53,029 nt of DNA, taken from the IMG/VR virus record IMGVR_UViG_3300044451_000119, positions 1 to 53,029 of that record, one strand, 5' to 3'. Both the position numbers and the translations under genes were made by a program. Below the pieces are notes generated by a model. The model saw only the letters and a list, made by a program, of their open reading frames with translations. It made no database searches and was not told where the DNA came from. The DNA is from a virus (taxonomy: Duplodnaviria > Caudoviricetes). Shown here one piece after another: positions 17,947 through 29,100 of the stretch (within the stretch, counting starts at the first letter, position 1; each line of letters begins with the position of its first letter).

Positions 17947-18364
17947 TTTCTCTATTAGATAAACCCTGCTTCAATAATTTTTGAAGTTCTGCTGTGGATC
18001 CAACAAATAGGGCATTATTAACTGTGGTGGGCCCTTTTGGCGTGTCCTCTGTTTCCAAGTCTTTTAATTTTCTTTGCAAATCCATCAATTTATCAGTTGC
18101 ATCAGAAACACTCTTAATCAATTGACCAGCAACTTCATATGCTCTTGGAGTGTCACTTTCCTGAGCCAATTCCAATATATTATTTATTGCTTCTTGACCT
18201 TTTTCAATTATGGAATATAAGTTTCCCCTTGTATATTCATAGTCTTTTCTGATGTCCGTGCTACTAGATACTTTTTGTATTTCTTTTGATAATTTTTCAG
18301 CAGATACAATTTCTCCTTCTACATCAAATACATCATTCAATTTGCTGAATTTATCGGTTTTCAT
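17939..18364 (-). CDS. gp16: Terminase small subunit
   Basis: Motifs DYEYTRGNLY, PRAYEVAGQLIK, NNALFVGSTAELQK. Confidence 0.93.
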   Translation of the reverse strand: MKTDKFSKLNDVFDVEGEIVSAEKLSKEIQKVSSSTDIRKDYEYTRGNLYSIIEKGQEAINNILELAQESDTPRAYEVAGQLIKSVSDATDKLMDLQRKLKDLETEDTPKGPTTVNNALFVGSTAELQKLLKQGLSNRENA

Positions 18365-19404
18365 GGGTCAATATCAGTATTAAGTGTTGGACTAAATTCT
18401 TTAAAGTCTTGGAAGAAAGAAACAGTCTCATTGAAACCAAAATCATCTCCAATTTCAATCAGAGCGTCGTCAGCAGTTGTAATTGTTTTGACCGCAGATC
18501 CTCTTACATGTTCCGTTTCAACTGTGTTATCCTGACCCCTCTTAACTGTAAGTTTATTGCCAGATATTGAAGTAACATACATTTCTTCTTTATTCACGTA
18601 AATATATGATGACTCAGATAGACCTGCGGCATCGTTCACGACAAAGATTGTTTGTCCAACTGGAATATCTTCATCAAGAGTAGTGACAATACTATTGTCA
18701 TAGTCTTTGACTGCCCTAGGAGTTACTGTATATCTCATTTCTCTCTTAGGAATCTCAATACCAGTCATAACATCAACAGTAGCCTTCTTGATAATCTTAC
18801 TATCTTGTACAGGACCAAACAGATGAGTTTTGGCAGTAAAGATTAATGTATAGACAAGAGCTCTTCTTGTAGTATAATCTCCCTCATATTGATCATCCAT
18901 TGAAATTGATTCCAACTGAATTGGAACATCTTTCTTTTCGTCAATTGTATCAACTAAATTGATAGTTAAATTATAAGATGGTTGAAAATATGGTAATATT
19001 TGCTCAATAATTTGAAGAGCATCATCATTTGTTTTTGATAAAATTGACAGTTCAAACCTCATGTTGTAAGGCACAGGCATGAATATCTTTTTTTGAAGTG
19101 TTGGATTGGATGGATTTTTTGTTGTAAAAGATTTTGTTGATGATGTTTTTCTAGAAGGATCGTATGTAACTCCAGTAAATTCAAAAGACATTCTTGGTAA
19201 TGTCAATTGGACTGGTTTATTGAGATCTGCCGACTGCTCCAATCTCGCTAAAAATTTCTGAGTAGGACCATAAGCAAGAGGAACCTTCATCACACTAAAA
19301 GTGTTATTGCTATTGTCCTTATGTTTAATGTTTATATTATTGAAAAGAGTGCCAAATCCAATGACAGTTCTTCTAAAAATTTCGTGATAAAAATATTCAA
19401 ACAT
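18361..19404 (-). CDS. gp15: Tail sheath stabiliser / tail terminator
   Basis: Motifs YFYHEIFRRTVIGFGTLFN, VPLAYGP, LPRMSFE, EQILPYFQP; extra C-terminal domain. Confidence 0.95.
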   Translation of the reverse strand: MFEYFYHEIFRRTVIGFGTLFNNINIKHKDNSNNTFSVMKVPLAYGPTQKFLARLEQSADLNKPVQLTLPRMSFEFTGVTYDPSRKTSSTKSFTTKNPSNPTLQKKIFMPVPYNMRFELSILSKTNDDALQIIEQILPYFQPSYNLTINLVDTIDEKKDVPIQLESISMDDQYEGDYTTRRALVYTLIFTAKTHLFGPVQDSKIIKKATVDVMTGIEIPKREMRYTVTPRAVKDYDNSIVTTLDEDIPVGQTIFVVNDAAGLSESSYIYVNKEEMYVTSISGNKLTVKRGQDNTVETEHVRGSAVKTITTADDALIEIGDDFGFNETVSFFQDFKEFSPTLNTDIDP

Positions 19405-19445
19405 TTTTTGATCCTATTATATAAACTATTTAACAACTTTTTAAA

Positions 19446-20801
19446 TTATGGTTCGCCAAAGGGATTTCTTTGCGTGAAGTCTAAAATATCATCAGCATTG
19501 AGTTCAATAACATCATTTTGAGCATATGGATCGACAAGATCCTGAGTTTCTGCACTATAAAATGCATATACTGCTCCCGATTCTGATCCTGTGATTGCCT
19601 CACCATTTACAAAACTGCCGTTAATAATACTGATTTGAAGTTCCTTAGTTGATGCTGTCCACTTTTTAACTCTTGCAGTTGTTTCAGAATTACTACCAGT
19701 AATTATTTCATTGAATACATAATTTCCTGCTCCGAGTGTATTGGGTGCGGCAACTGTGACTGATGGAACAGAAGTATACCCAGATCCAGCATTAGTAATG
19801 TAGATCGCTGATATAGCATTTCCAGATAGAATTGAATATCCCTTTGCCGTAGTTCCTCCACCAGGAGCACCCGAGAAAGTGATGATTGGTGCAGTTGTAT
19901 AACCAGATCCACCACTTGTGATTGTTACAATACCCACTGTTCCAGTTGTTCCAATACCTGCGGTTGCAATTCCCCCACTACCCGTTGTACTTATGAAACT
20001 AATTCCTGGTGGATTAATATATCCAAAACCAGGATTTAAGATTGCAACTGAACTAATACCAAATCCAGAGTTTGCAAATGCTAGAGCCGATGCAGTTTTT
20101 CCTCCTGCTGGTGCAGAAGATATTGCTACGATTGGATCACTTTCATAATCATATCCATCATTAATCAATTGAATATATTGTAATCCGCCATTTCTAATTG
20201 TAGTCAAAGCAGTAGCCGTTGATCCTATTCCAACAAGAGTGAGAGTCTGAATATACCCATCTTCTTTAACATTATCATCAATATTTGCAACATCCGTATC
20301 GATAACTTCGTCTTCATAACGGAAGAGTTCACATCTCAGTTCATAAACATAAGTCTTTTGAAGTTGATAGAAAGGTTGCTCATGCTCAACAAATTTAATC
20401 TCAAATAATCTATCGCCAAGAGGAAACCAAATTAAATCACCTTCTTTTGGTCTAGTTGATAGTTCAATATTTGGTAGATTTTTTATCAGCGGAGAAATAT
20501 AATTTTCATATCTTTCTTTGGATATAATTAATGTTAAATCATTTAGAGGTTGTACACCAAATTTTGATAAAATAGTCCCCTGTCCTTCATATCCATCATA
20601 AGTATTCACATAAGCTTCTATTGGATATGCATCATCAAATTTTGATTGTATTACTTCTTTAATAACCGTCTTTTTGGTTACATATTTTCTGGGAAGATAA
20701 TAAACTTCAACTCCATACATTTGGAGTTGTTCGTTAATCAAACTCTGTATTAATCCTTGTTCTGCGGATGTTCCCTGAGTAAAAAACGGATTAAGTGCCA
20801 T
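19446..20801 (-). CDS. gp14: Neck protein / head completion protein
   Basis: Motifs NPFF, YGVEVYYLPR, RPKEGDLIWFP, PFYQL, NPFG; inserted GxGY repeats. Confidence 0.93.
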   Translation of the reverse strand: MALNPFFTQGTSAEQGLIQSLINEQLQMYGVEVYYLPRKYVTKKTVIKEVIQSKFDDAYPIEAYVNTYDGYEGQGTILSKFGVQPLNDLTLIISKERYENYISPLIKNLPNIELSTRPKEGDLIWFPLGDRLFEIKFVEHEQPFYQLQKTYVYELRCELFRYEDEVIDTDVANIDDNVKEDGYIQTLTLVGIGSTATALTTIRNGGLQYIQLINDGYDYESDPIVAISSAPAGGKTASALAFANSGFGISSVAILNPGFGYINPPGISFISTTGSGGIATAGIGTTGTVGIVTITSGGSGYTTAPIITFSGAPGGGTTAKGYSILSGNAISAIYITNAGSGYTSVPSVTVAAPNTLGAGNYVFNEIITGSNSETTARVKKWTASTKELQISIINGSFVNGEAITGSESGAVYAFYSAETQDLVDPYAQNDVIELNADDILDFTQRNPFGEP

Positions 20802-20802
20802 A

Positions 20803-21648
20803 TCATCCTATCATGTCTAGTGGTGGTAATTCGTAATAAGATGAACTTTTCTCCATGAGAGCATCAATTTCTCTTTGTCCATCATCATAAATTTGCCTTC
20901 CATTGAGTTCTACACCACCAGGAAGTCTTACTCCTTGGAATTTAATTAGATTCATTCCCCACTGTTTTTTTACGAGAGCAGTTAAATATTGCTTTAAGAA
21001 AGAATCATTCCAAACTCTTGCATATGTATTTGGATCTAAAAGTCTATAACAATCAATAATTATATAATCTCCCACATTTAAACTTTGGAAATCAACATCC
21101 AAATAAAGTCTATCTTGTCTCTTATTAAATCTAATCGGTTTATGAGTGCTCAATAAGAAATCAATAGTTTCCAAGTAAGTTCTTGTCATAGAATATGTCA
21201 AAAGTTCTGTTGATCCCCAATAATAAATATCATTCAAAAATAATTGATATTTGATACTAAACATGTTGTTGGTCAAAGAATTTGACCCATCAAATCGAAA
21301 TATTTTTGTAACTCCAATTACAGATGGAGGAACTTCGATGTAATTGCTGTTTTCGTTGTATGTAAATGTGGTAGCAGCACCAACCATTGTTGTTGTAACA
21401 GTTTCTGTGGTTAATCCAACAACAGAGTTTTTTGCAGGTGCCCTTCCCCTATCTATATCATCTTGGGTAATTTGATATTTTAAAAAAGTTTGATATACGC
21501 CATCAAAATGTCTTTCTTGGAAATATTGAACAGCATCATCTACAAGGTCTTCAATTTGCTCATCGGACACGTTAATCTCCAAAACTGGTGCTCCCAGTTT
21601 TCTTTTTACGTAATCAATTAATTCTCCCCTCGATGCTGGTTGAGCCAT
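20803..21648 (-). CDS. gp13: Neck protein
   Basis: Motifs RKLGAPVLEINV, ERHFDG, KKQWGMNLIKF, LPGGVELNG. Confidence 0.95.
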   Translation of the reverse strand: MAQPASRGELIDYVKRKLGAPVLEINVSDEQIEDLVDDAVQYFQERHFDGVYQTFLKYQITQDDIDRGRAPAKNSVVGLTTETVTTTMVGAATTFTYNENSNYIEVPPSVIGVTKIFRFDGSNSLTNNMFSIKYQLFLNDIYYWGSTELLTYSMTRTYLETIDFLLSTHKPIRFNKRQDRLYLDVDFQSLNVGDYIIIDCYRLLDPNTYARVWNDSFLKQYLTALVKKQWGMNLIKFQGVRLPGGVELNGRQIYDDGQREIDALMEKSSSYYELPPLDMIG

Positions 21649-21686
21649 GAATAATTCCTTATTCTCTTATATCCTAGATTTATTTA

Positions 21687-22070
21687 TCACTCAACCACTA
21701 CTGTCCCCTCTGCAACTCTAACTGTTTGTATATCAGAATCTATATCTACACCACTTTTTGACTCAACCGTTAGTATTACATCATAAAAATATCTTCCCAC
21801 TTTTAATTTTGAACTTTCTGAATTGCTCAATGAAATTTTAACTATTCCATTAGATGCGTCAGAAATTGTAGTAACAAAGGTTGCTGCATATGAAACCGAT
21901 TCTTTATATTGTTTCATTTTTGAACTAACAACATAAGAAGAAAACCCACTAATGTTTATTGCAGATCCATCAAAATCTTTAACATAAAAAAGTTGTTCAT
22001 AATTAACACCTTTTGGTATCACTAAATTTTCAGTTGTTTTTTTATTTCCGATTAATTTTACAAGAGTCAT
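21687..22070 (-). CDS. Small structural protein with a BppU-N-like Ig fold
   Basis: ISDASNGIVKISLS...GRYFYDVIL...RVAEGTVVV; likely start MTLVK coupled by TAATG to the upstream stop. Confidence 0.65.
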   Translation of the reverse strand: MTLVKLIGNKKTTENLVIPKGVNYEQLFYVKDFDGSAINISGFSSYVVSSKMKQYKESVSYAATFVTTISDASNGIVKISLSNSESSKLKVGRYFYDVILTVESKSGVDIDSDIQTVRVAEGTVVVE

Positions 22071-22918
22071 TATAGTAATCCAGTAAAAGGTTCTACCCAA
22101 TCTTCACTTCCATTTGATTCTTCTCTAATTAAAATTCCAGAAGAACTACAAGTTGATATAAATTTATTATATGATGCTTGAACGGTTGCTAGTGTCATAC
22201 TTCCAGAAGTATCTATGAATAGCGCAACATTAACATCTAAACCAGTTTTTAGTCCTACAATTGAAAACCAATCAGATGCAAGTGCAGTGGTCCCATTATC
22301 TCTATTTACTCCTTTTACTTGAATGGATGTTCCAAAACCACTATCATAATTAGAAGGAACACCCAAATCTGTTGTAATTGCAATCCCAGTTGAAGTTGGT
22401 TGCAGTATATAGTGAAGTCTATTTGGCCAAACTAATCTAAAATTTTGCCACTTTTCATAAAATTGAGAATCGGTAAAGCTGTCAGATTCATCAATAACTG
22501 CTATACATTTTGAAAAATTTTGTTTTTCGTTTTGAGTAATTCCGACATTAACATTAATATCTCCATCCATTATTCTCCTTTTATATCCAGAAGAATTTTC
22601 AGTTGCAATAATTTCATACTTGTATCTTGGAGAATTTTTATCAAAATTTGTTGTTAAACCAGAATTGATTAAAACGGTTACAATTCCAACTGAAATATTT
22701 GAAGTATCAAATCCAACGTTTATTGTATCAGATGCCGTTGAAGAAGCTCCAACATGTTTTTTTACTGTTCCCGAAAAAGCATATCCAGACATATTAATAA
22801 TCGTATTTCCAGATCCAACAATTTCAACTCCATAAATTAGATCTGAATATTGATCAATTTGTATATTGACTTTATTTGTTGCCCCAATTTTATCAAAGGG
22901 TACTTTTAGTAATCCCAT
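22070..22918 (-). CDS. Structural protein: BppU-N-like domain plus vWA-like C-terminal domain
   Basis: N-terminal half resembles the neighbouring gene (RYKYEI...RIMDGDINV); C-terminal half has CIAVIDESDS and ALFIDTSGSM. Confidence 0.65.
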   Translation of the reverse strand: MGLLKVPFDKIGATNKVNIQIDQYSDLIYGVEIVGSGNTIINMSGYAFSGTVKKHVGASSTASDTINVGFDTSNISVGIVTVLINSGLTTNFDKNSPRYKYEIIATENSSGYKRRIMDGDINVNVGITQNEKQNFSKCIAVIDESDSFTDSQFYEKWQNFRLVWPNRLHYILQPTSTGIAITTDLGVPSNYDSGFGTSIQVKGVNRDNGTTALASDWFSIVGLKTGLDVNVALFIDTSGSMTLATVQASYNKFISTCSSSGILIREESNGSEDWVEPFTGLL

Positions 22919-22919
22919 A

Positions 22920-23150
22920 CTATCCTAATTTTTCTATAAAAGTTTTAAGAAGATTTTTTATTTCGTCAACATCGTCTTTTATATTACTAATTTCATTTTC
23001 AATATTCTTAACTCGATTCACTTCATTTTCTTTTTGTTTTTTTAGACGCATATATTTCTCATATTCGTATTTAGAGTCATTAACAATCGCATTGCTCTTC
23101 TGATCTCTCAAAAGAGCATCATTATCTTTTACTTTAATATAATCACTCAT
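22920..23150 (-). CDS. Small coiled-coil protein following the VrlC-like gene
   Basis: YIKVKDNDALLRD..SNAIVN...IKDDVDEIKNLL; translationally coupled to the upstream gene. Confidence 0.8.
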   Translation of the reverse strand: MSDYIKVKDNDALLRDQKSNAIVNDSKYEYEKYMRLKKQKENEVNRVKNIENEISNIKDDVDEIKNLLKTFIEKLG

Positions 23151-26100
23151 TATGCCAATGCGAGTGCTCGCATGTCTTTGATCTTAGGAACGTAAGCTTG
23201 ATTTATTGATGTCAATACAATTTTAATTCTAAAATACTTAAAGTCTGGTAAGTTATTTGCAGTAAATTCATAATTTGCATAACTATCAATTGTAGAAATT
23301 GACTGATTAATATAATTTTTATCAATGAACTTGTCTGATGTTCCATCATTATTTGCAAAATTAATAACATCACCATCAACATCCAGATTCTGATATCCTG
23401 GGAAAGGAATGAAAACTGGGTCTCCATTCTCAGAATTATCTATTGCATAAAATGCTCTAATATCGGAATCTACATTTATATGAGCAGATAAGAATAATTT
23501 GATTGATCTTGCTGGATTTTTCAATCTAACAATTTTAGTTACATATTGACAATCTGATGGATCTTCAAAGAACGAATTAACTCTTGGATCAGTCTTATAG
23601 TCTGTAAATACGCTATTGATTCTATTAGAAGTTGTAATTATATTGACTCTTGTTGTATCAATAATAGGAGATAACCTTGTATTATCTGTTGCCAGATTCA
23701 TTGACATTGTAAGAGATTTATTTCCAGGTAAAGTTGGAAGTAAATTCTTTTCATTTACCTTAGACGCAATAATTCTTGGAGAATTCAGATAATTTGTTCT
23801 ATTAAGAATTACAGATTCATATCCTTGATCAATGAATGATGTTTCTGAACCACTAATACTTGTTCCACTGACTGTTCTAATCTGAGCGTTGACAGATGTT
23901 AGATTTGGAATAAAGGTTTGAATATTAGGAGTTACAGCTTCGAATGGAATGTTTTGAGTTGCTTTTGCAATATTTCCACCAGCAGTTGTTGTATCATTGA
24001 AATATAGTGGAATATATGTAGACTGTTCATTACTTCTATCTACACCATAATCTGAATCCTTCGTATTTAATTTAATGTAGTAGTAATTCAATCCGACTGA
24101 ATTTGCAACCGTAGAATCGGATAATCTGTGTGTCTTATTAATTCTTCTCAGTGAAACTCCACTGTACTCATACTTATAAATCACATCACCACTAGTAATT
24201 GCCTTTCTTACACTGTTGTCAATTCCCCTGGTAATAGTGATAAGTTGACCATTACTTACACCTTCATATTTAATGATTTCTTCATTGACAAGAATGTATC
24301 CTGGATTTGCACCAGATACTAGAAGATTTTCAAAAATTTCAAATCCAGAAACACTTCCAATTGCAATCTCTCCATTATAGTCCTTAGTATAAGGAACAGT
24401 AATAGTTGTTGGAGAAACGTCTGGAAGTACACCTTTTAATGTTACATAGTTTGTATTTGAATGCATACCATGGTTTTTGTGATTGACTTTAAAGTGCAAT
24501 CCATCAGATACTACATCTATTGCATCAGAGATGTACAGTTCAGATCCAGAGGAATTTATAATCGCTGTTGTTACCCCTGCACTAGTATATTTGTAAATTG
24601 TGTTAGCAACACCCGCAATAAAGTTACCTTGTACGTTATCAATGACCAATTGATTTACATCGCTCACTGATGTAACATTAATCTTTAAGTTAGTACCAGT
24701 TGATGTTGTGCCAAAAGTTGCGGTTAAAACATCACCAACAGAGTATCCAGTTCCACCAGACACTAATGCTATTGTTGCAACTACACCATTTTCAACTGTT
24801 ATATTTGCTGTTGCATCTTTTCCTGTTCCAGTTAAAGTTTTTAATGCAACCGCAGAATAAATTTCATTTCCTTCTAATGGAGCATAACCAAGTCCGCCAT
24901 TTAAAATGGACAGACCACTTGCCTTTCCAACTGACCCAACATAATTGCCATAAGCACCAGTTGAAAGTTGAATCACACTGTTGCCAAGGATAAAATTATT
25001 ATCAGAAAGTGCAGATGAAATACCAATCTTAATTCTTCTTGAATTTGATGTAATTGGATTTTGTACTAAGATAGGAATTTGTGCATTTCCTTCTGCTAAA
25101 TCGGGGTTAAAGAATGAAATACTTCCACTAGTTGCAAACTCGGCTCTATACAGTTTGAATGTCAAATCATCTGTAACTGTTGGTTGCCAGTTTGATGCAT
25201 TTTGTGACTTGTATAGTGCGCCGAGAATTGGTTGAGTTGAAACCAAGACTTGTGAAGAAGATGATGGTTTTTTATCAACTTCACCTAGCCTAGATGTCCA
25301 AACTTTGTAGTTATTTGAATTAGTTGATAAAACAATTGCATAATTTCTCTTTCCTTCCAGATAAACTGGTGAATTAAATGCAAAGTGAGTTGGAGTTGTT
25401 GCATCAGAAGTCTTCACCACAGAACTTGCATCAAGAGTAACTTCACTGAATGGAAGAACTACATCTGATGGTTGATTAAAATCAACAGTTCTAAGTTGGC
25501 AAGTAACTGGCAGTTCATCATCTTTATCTTTAAAGTAAATATCAAGACCTGTTAAGAAAACACCAGTTTCATCATCAACAATGAAAGTCTGTGCAAGAGG
25601 ATCAATATATTTTCCACCAAAAGATGAAACAACAGAATCTTTAAATGTAAACTTACTAATCTTCTTAGGACTCTTAATTGAAGCAATATCATCTTCAACT
25701 GCTTCAATTGTGCCAACTGACAAGTACTTGTCCTCGGATACAGAATTAAGAACGCGAGTAGAAGAACTATTGACTGAACTATTAGTCAGTTTAAATACTT
25801 TTTCACCAGTTGTGAACTTTGGATTAATTGCAACATTTGGATCTGGAATATAGAAGGACCCGATTGCAGTTCCAGTGCTATCGTTTACGATTCTGACATT
25901 TTGAACTGTTGCTTGTGCTCCACTCGTTTGTCCATATAGTTTCATTCCAACTGCAATAAATCCAAAGTATTCACCTTGTGGTTTGTTTGCAAGAGAATAT
26001 GTATCAATATTTAGAAGTGTTGATGTGGATGAATACTGAGCTGGAACTGTGAGATCTGAATTGTATGGGTTAAACTTATGTGTTTCCGTTGGAGCATTGT

Positions 26101-29100
26101 ATGGACCAAACTTGTGATTTGATATTGCCACTCTGAATGCAATCTTTGGATTCACTCCACTGATAACATCATCATAATCAATTCCTGGGAAGAATCCACT
26201 GACAGTTTCCCCAACAGAGAAAACACCAGAATCCATTGTAATTTCAACCAATTTGGGAACCACAAAATTATTAACATCTACGCCATCAAAAAATGCATAC
26301 ATTCTAGAATATGGTTGCAGACGCTTAGAAACAAATTCTACGTTTCTTGAACGGATAAATGGAGTAATTTCCGAAGCAATTGATTTATCACCAACCGTTA
26401 AAGTTTCAAATTCTTGGGTATCAATAGTTTGAGAATAAGTCTTATCAGTATCGGATGTGATAGATTCAATTGTTACACCATCTGAACTCTTTTCAAGACC
26501 AATCCATCTTAGATCTCCATTATTTGAAGAAGTTCCATTATTATTAAAGAACTGTGTATAAGTTGATCTTGTTTCTGATTTATCATTCAATAAGTTTCTA
26601 TTTCCTGTCCAAATAATGTTCCACGACTCCCAAATAGTGGGAATAAATCCAATTTGAGAATCATAATTTTCTAACTTAGCAATTTTATCAATTGTTGAAG
26701 TAAAGTTTCCAGCAACATTGAGATTTTCTGGATCGAGTTTTACAGAATCTACCCAAATATCCGAATCTGGTGTAAGATCAAGAGTTCCCTCCCAGAAGTT
26801 AACCAGATATGGTGAAATTTGTTCAGTTCTAGTTGCAAATGGTTGAGATAACCATTCAGTTGTGGTGTAATCTAAACTAATTACATCGCCAGTTTTCTTG
26901 ACATTTGAACCTTGAAGATCCGTTACATAGTTTAAATCAGCATAAGGATTAGATGACTGTCCGATTCCAATAATAGAATTTGAACCTAAAATTAGATCAA
27001 TCGCACTGGTGTAGTGTGATGGTCTTATCTCTCCGACGTTTGGATTGATCGAATTCTTTACACCGTTTCTTACATCTTGATTGGAACTGTTTTTGAAATT
27101 ATCTACAAGAAAACCAGACTTAAATTGATTGATGCCATTTTTATCTGGAACTGAAAGGTTTGCAGTGTCTGTTTCGAGTAAAGAAAGTGTTGTAAACTTT
27201 TCTAGGCTGTTAATTCTAGTTTCCAGTCTAGAAATATCAGCCATTGTGTATCTCTTATAACTTTGTTGAGATACAGACGCATTTTGTGTATTATACAGAT
27301 AAGGTGGTAAGAAAATTTGAGCAACCTCGATTGCATCATCAATTGAAGTTGGTGGATTTGGTGTTTCCGAAGATACACCTTGAACCAACTTAAATATTCC
27401 ATTTTTATTGAGGAAAACTTTGTCTATTCTTGGAAGATAGAATTTAAAATCAAGTAAAATCTGCTCATCAGATGCCAAAATATTTTTTGCACTATTTCCC
27501 GATTGTGCAAATGATCTTCCAGAAAACTCAAATGGTGATTTTGCACCAGATGAAACCGTATAAGATGCAACTCTTGGACGAATATCAATAATGTCTGTAT
27601 TTCTTAATTCATTGTAATATGGAACATCCTTATTAAAATTGAAGGAGTTGTATGAGTTTACAGTTGTGACATCTCCATCATCATTTGAAGAATAATAACC
27701 ATATTGGAAATAAACTTTAATTTTTTTCTTTGGAGAATCTTTTTCTGAGATTCTTCTTATTCTTCCATAGTCATAAAAAGTATCTCTTTGACCATTATCT
27801 AGAATATATGAACTTGTAATATCTTTACCATTAGCAGTTACGCTAGAAACCCTAGATTCAATCCCAGATTCCTCAAAAACGAGGATTTCCCCGACCGTGA
27901 AAGATTTTTGATTGAGATATACAATTTCAACTGTGGTGTCTGTTGTTTTCTCAACATATGTCGCTCTGGCACCGCTGAGAGCGCCTCTAACGGTCTCTCC
28001 TAGGATTAGATCTGCCGTAGTAGCATTTGGTCCTGTAAGCGATTCTAGGGACAATCTGGGAGCACTTGGATTATCTGTTCCGTAAGATTCAAAAACACCA
28101 CGAAGTTTGATAATGTCTGGAACATTAAGAGAAATTTCTTCGTCTTGAACTCTTGTTCCATATGGATAGTTTCCATGAGAAAGACCATCATTTAACGTAG
28201 TTGTTCCAATTCCAGACGAAGCATTTGCTGAGTATGAAACAATCAAACTGCTTGATCTCTGATTTTCTTTTGCTTTGGAAACTACATTAATTTTTCTTAA
28301 AGTGGCAATCAGTCTTGCATTTCCACTCTCGTTGATGCCGTTTATAGTTAATCTAGTAGAACCTGCACCAAACGTGAACATATCAGACCTTAAAGCCTGA
28401 ACTGTACCATCAGAGAAAGTTAAGATATATCTTTCTTCGTCAAAAGGGAGGAAAGTTTCATTTGCTGCTGCTATTACCGTATTGGTAGAATTTGCACTTA
28501 CAACAACATCATACTGTTTTCTAATTGTTAAATTTGAAGATGACAAATTAATATCTGAAACGTTTCTTCTTGAAAGCGGTGTATAGAGAGTATTGTCAAA
28601 AGATTCTGGTAATTTTGTACTAATTACTTCTAAATCCGAAACTTTTATTGTATTTTTTGGTAAATTTCCATTATTGACACCAGCAACACTTGTAGTTCCT
28701 TCAACTATAAGGGTTGTAAATCCATTATTTGTTCCTATGGACTTAACTTTTGCATAAGACTTATCATAAGCCGTTGCAGCAGCCTGTATGCTAAATGCTG
28801 ATGTTGAATATGAAATAAACTCTACAATGTCACCAGCACTCAGTCCAACTCCAAATACAACAGAAGTGCCACTTAGTGCATCATAGTTTGAATAATCAAG
28901 TTTAATACCGTTTACGTAAACATCTAAAAATCCTGGTGTATATGAAACCGTGAATGTTTGTTGACCCTTTGTTGCTGTAAATTTTGAACCAGAAAAATAA
29001 TTACCACTTCCATAGAGAATCACCTCTACCAAATCATTTGTAAATAATTTATAGTTAAGTAAGAATGATGAGTTCTGAGCAAATTGCACAAAATCATTTT

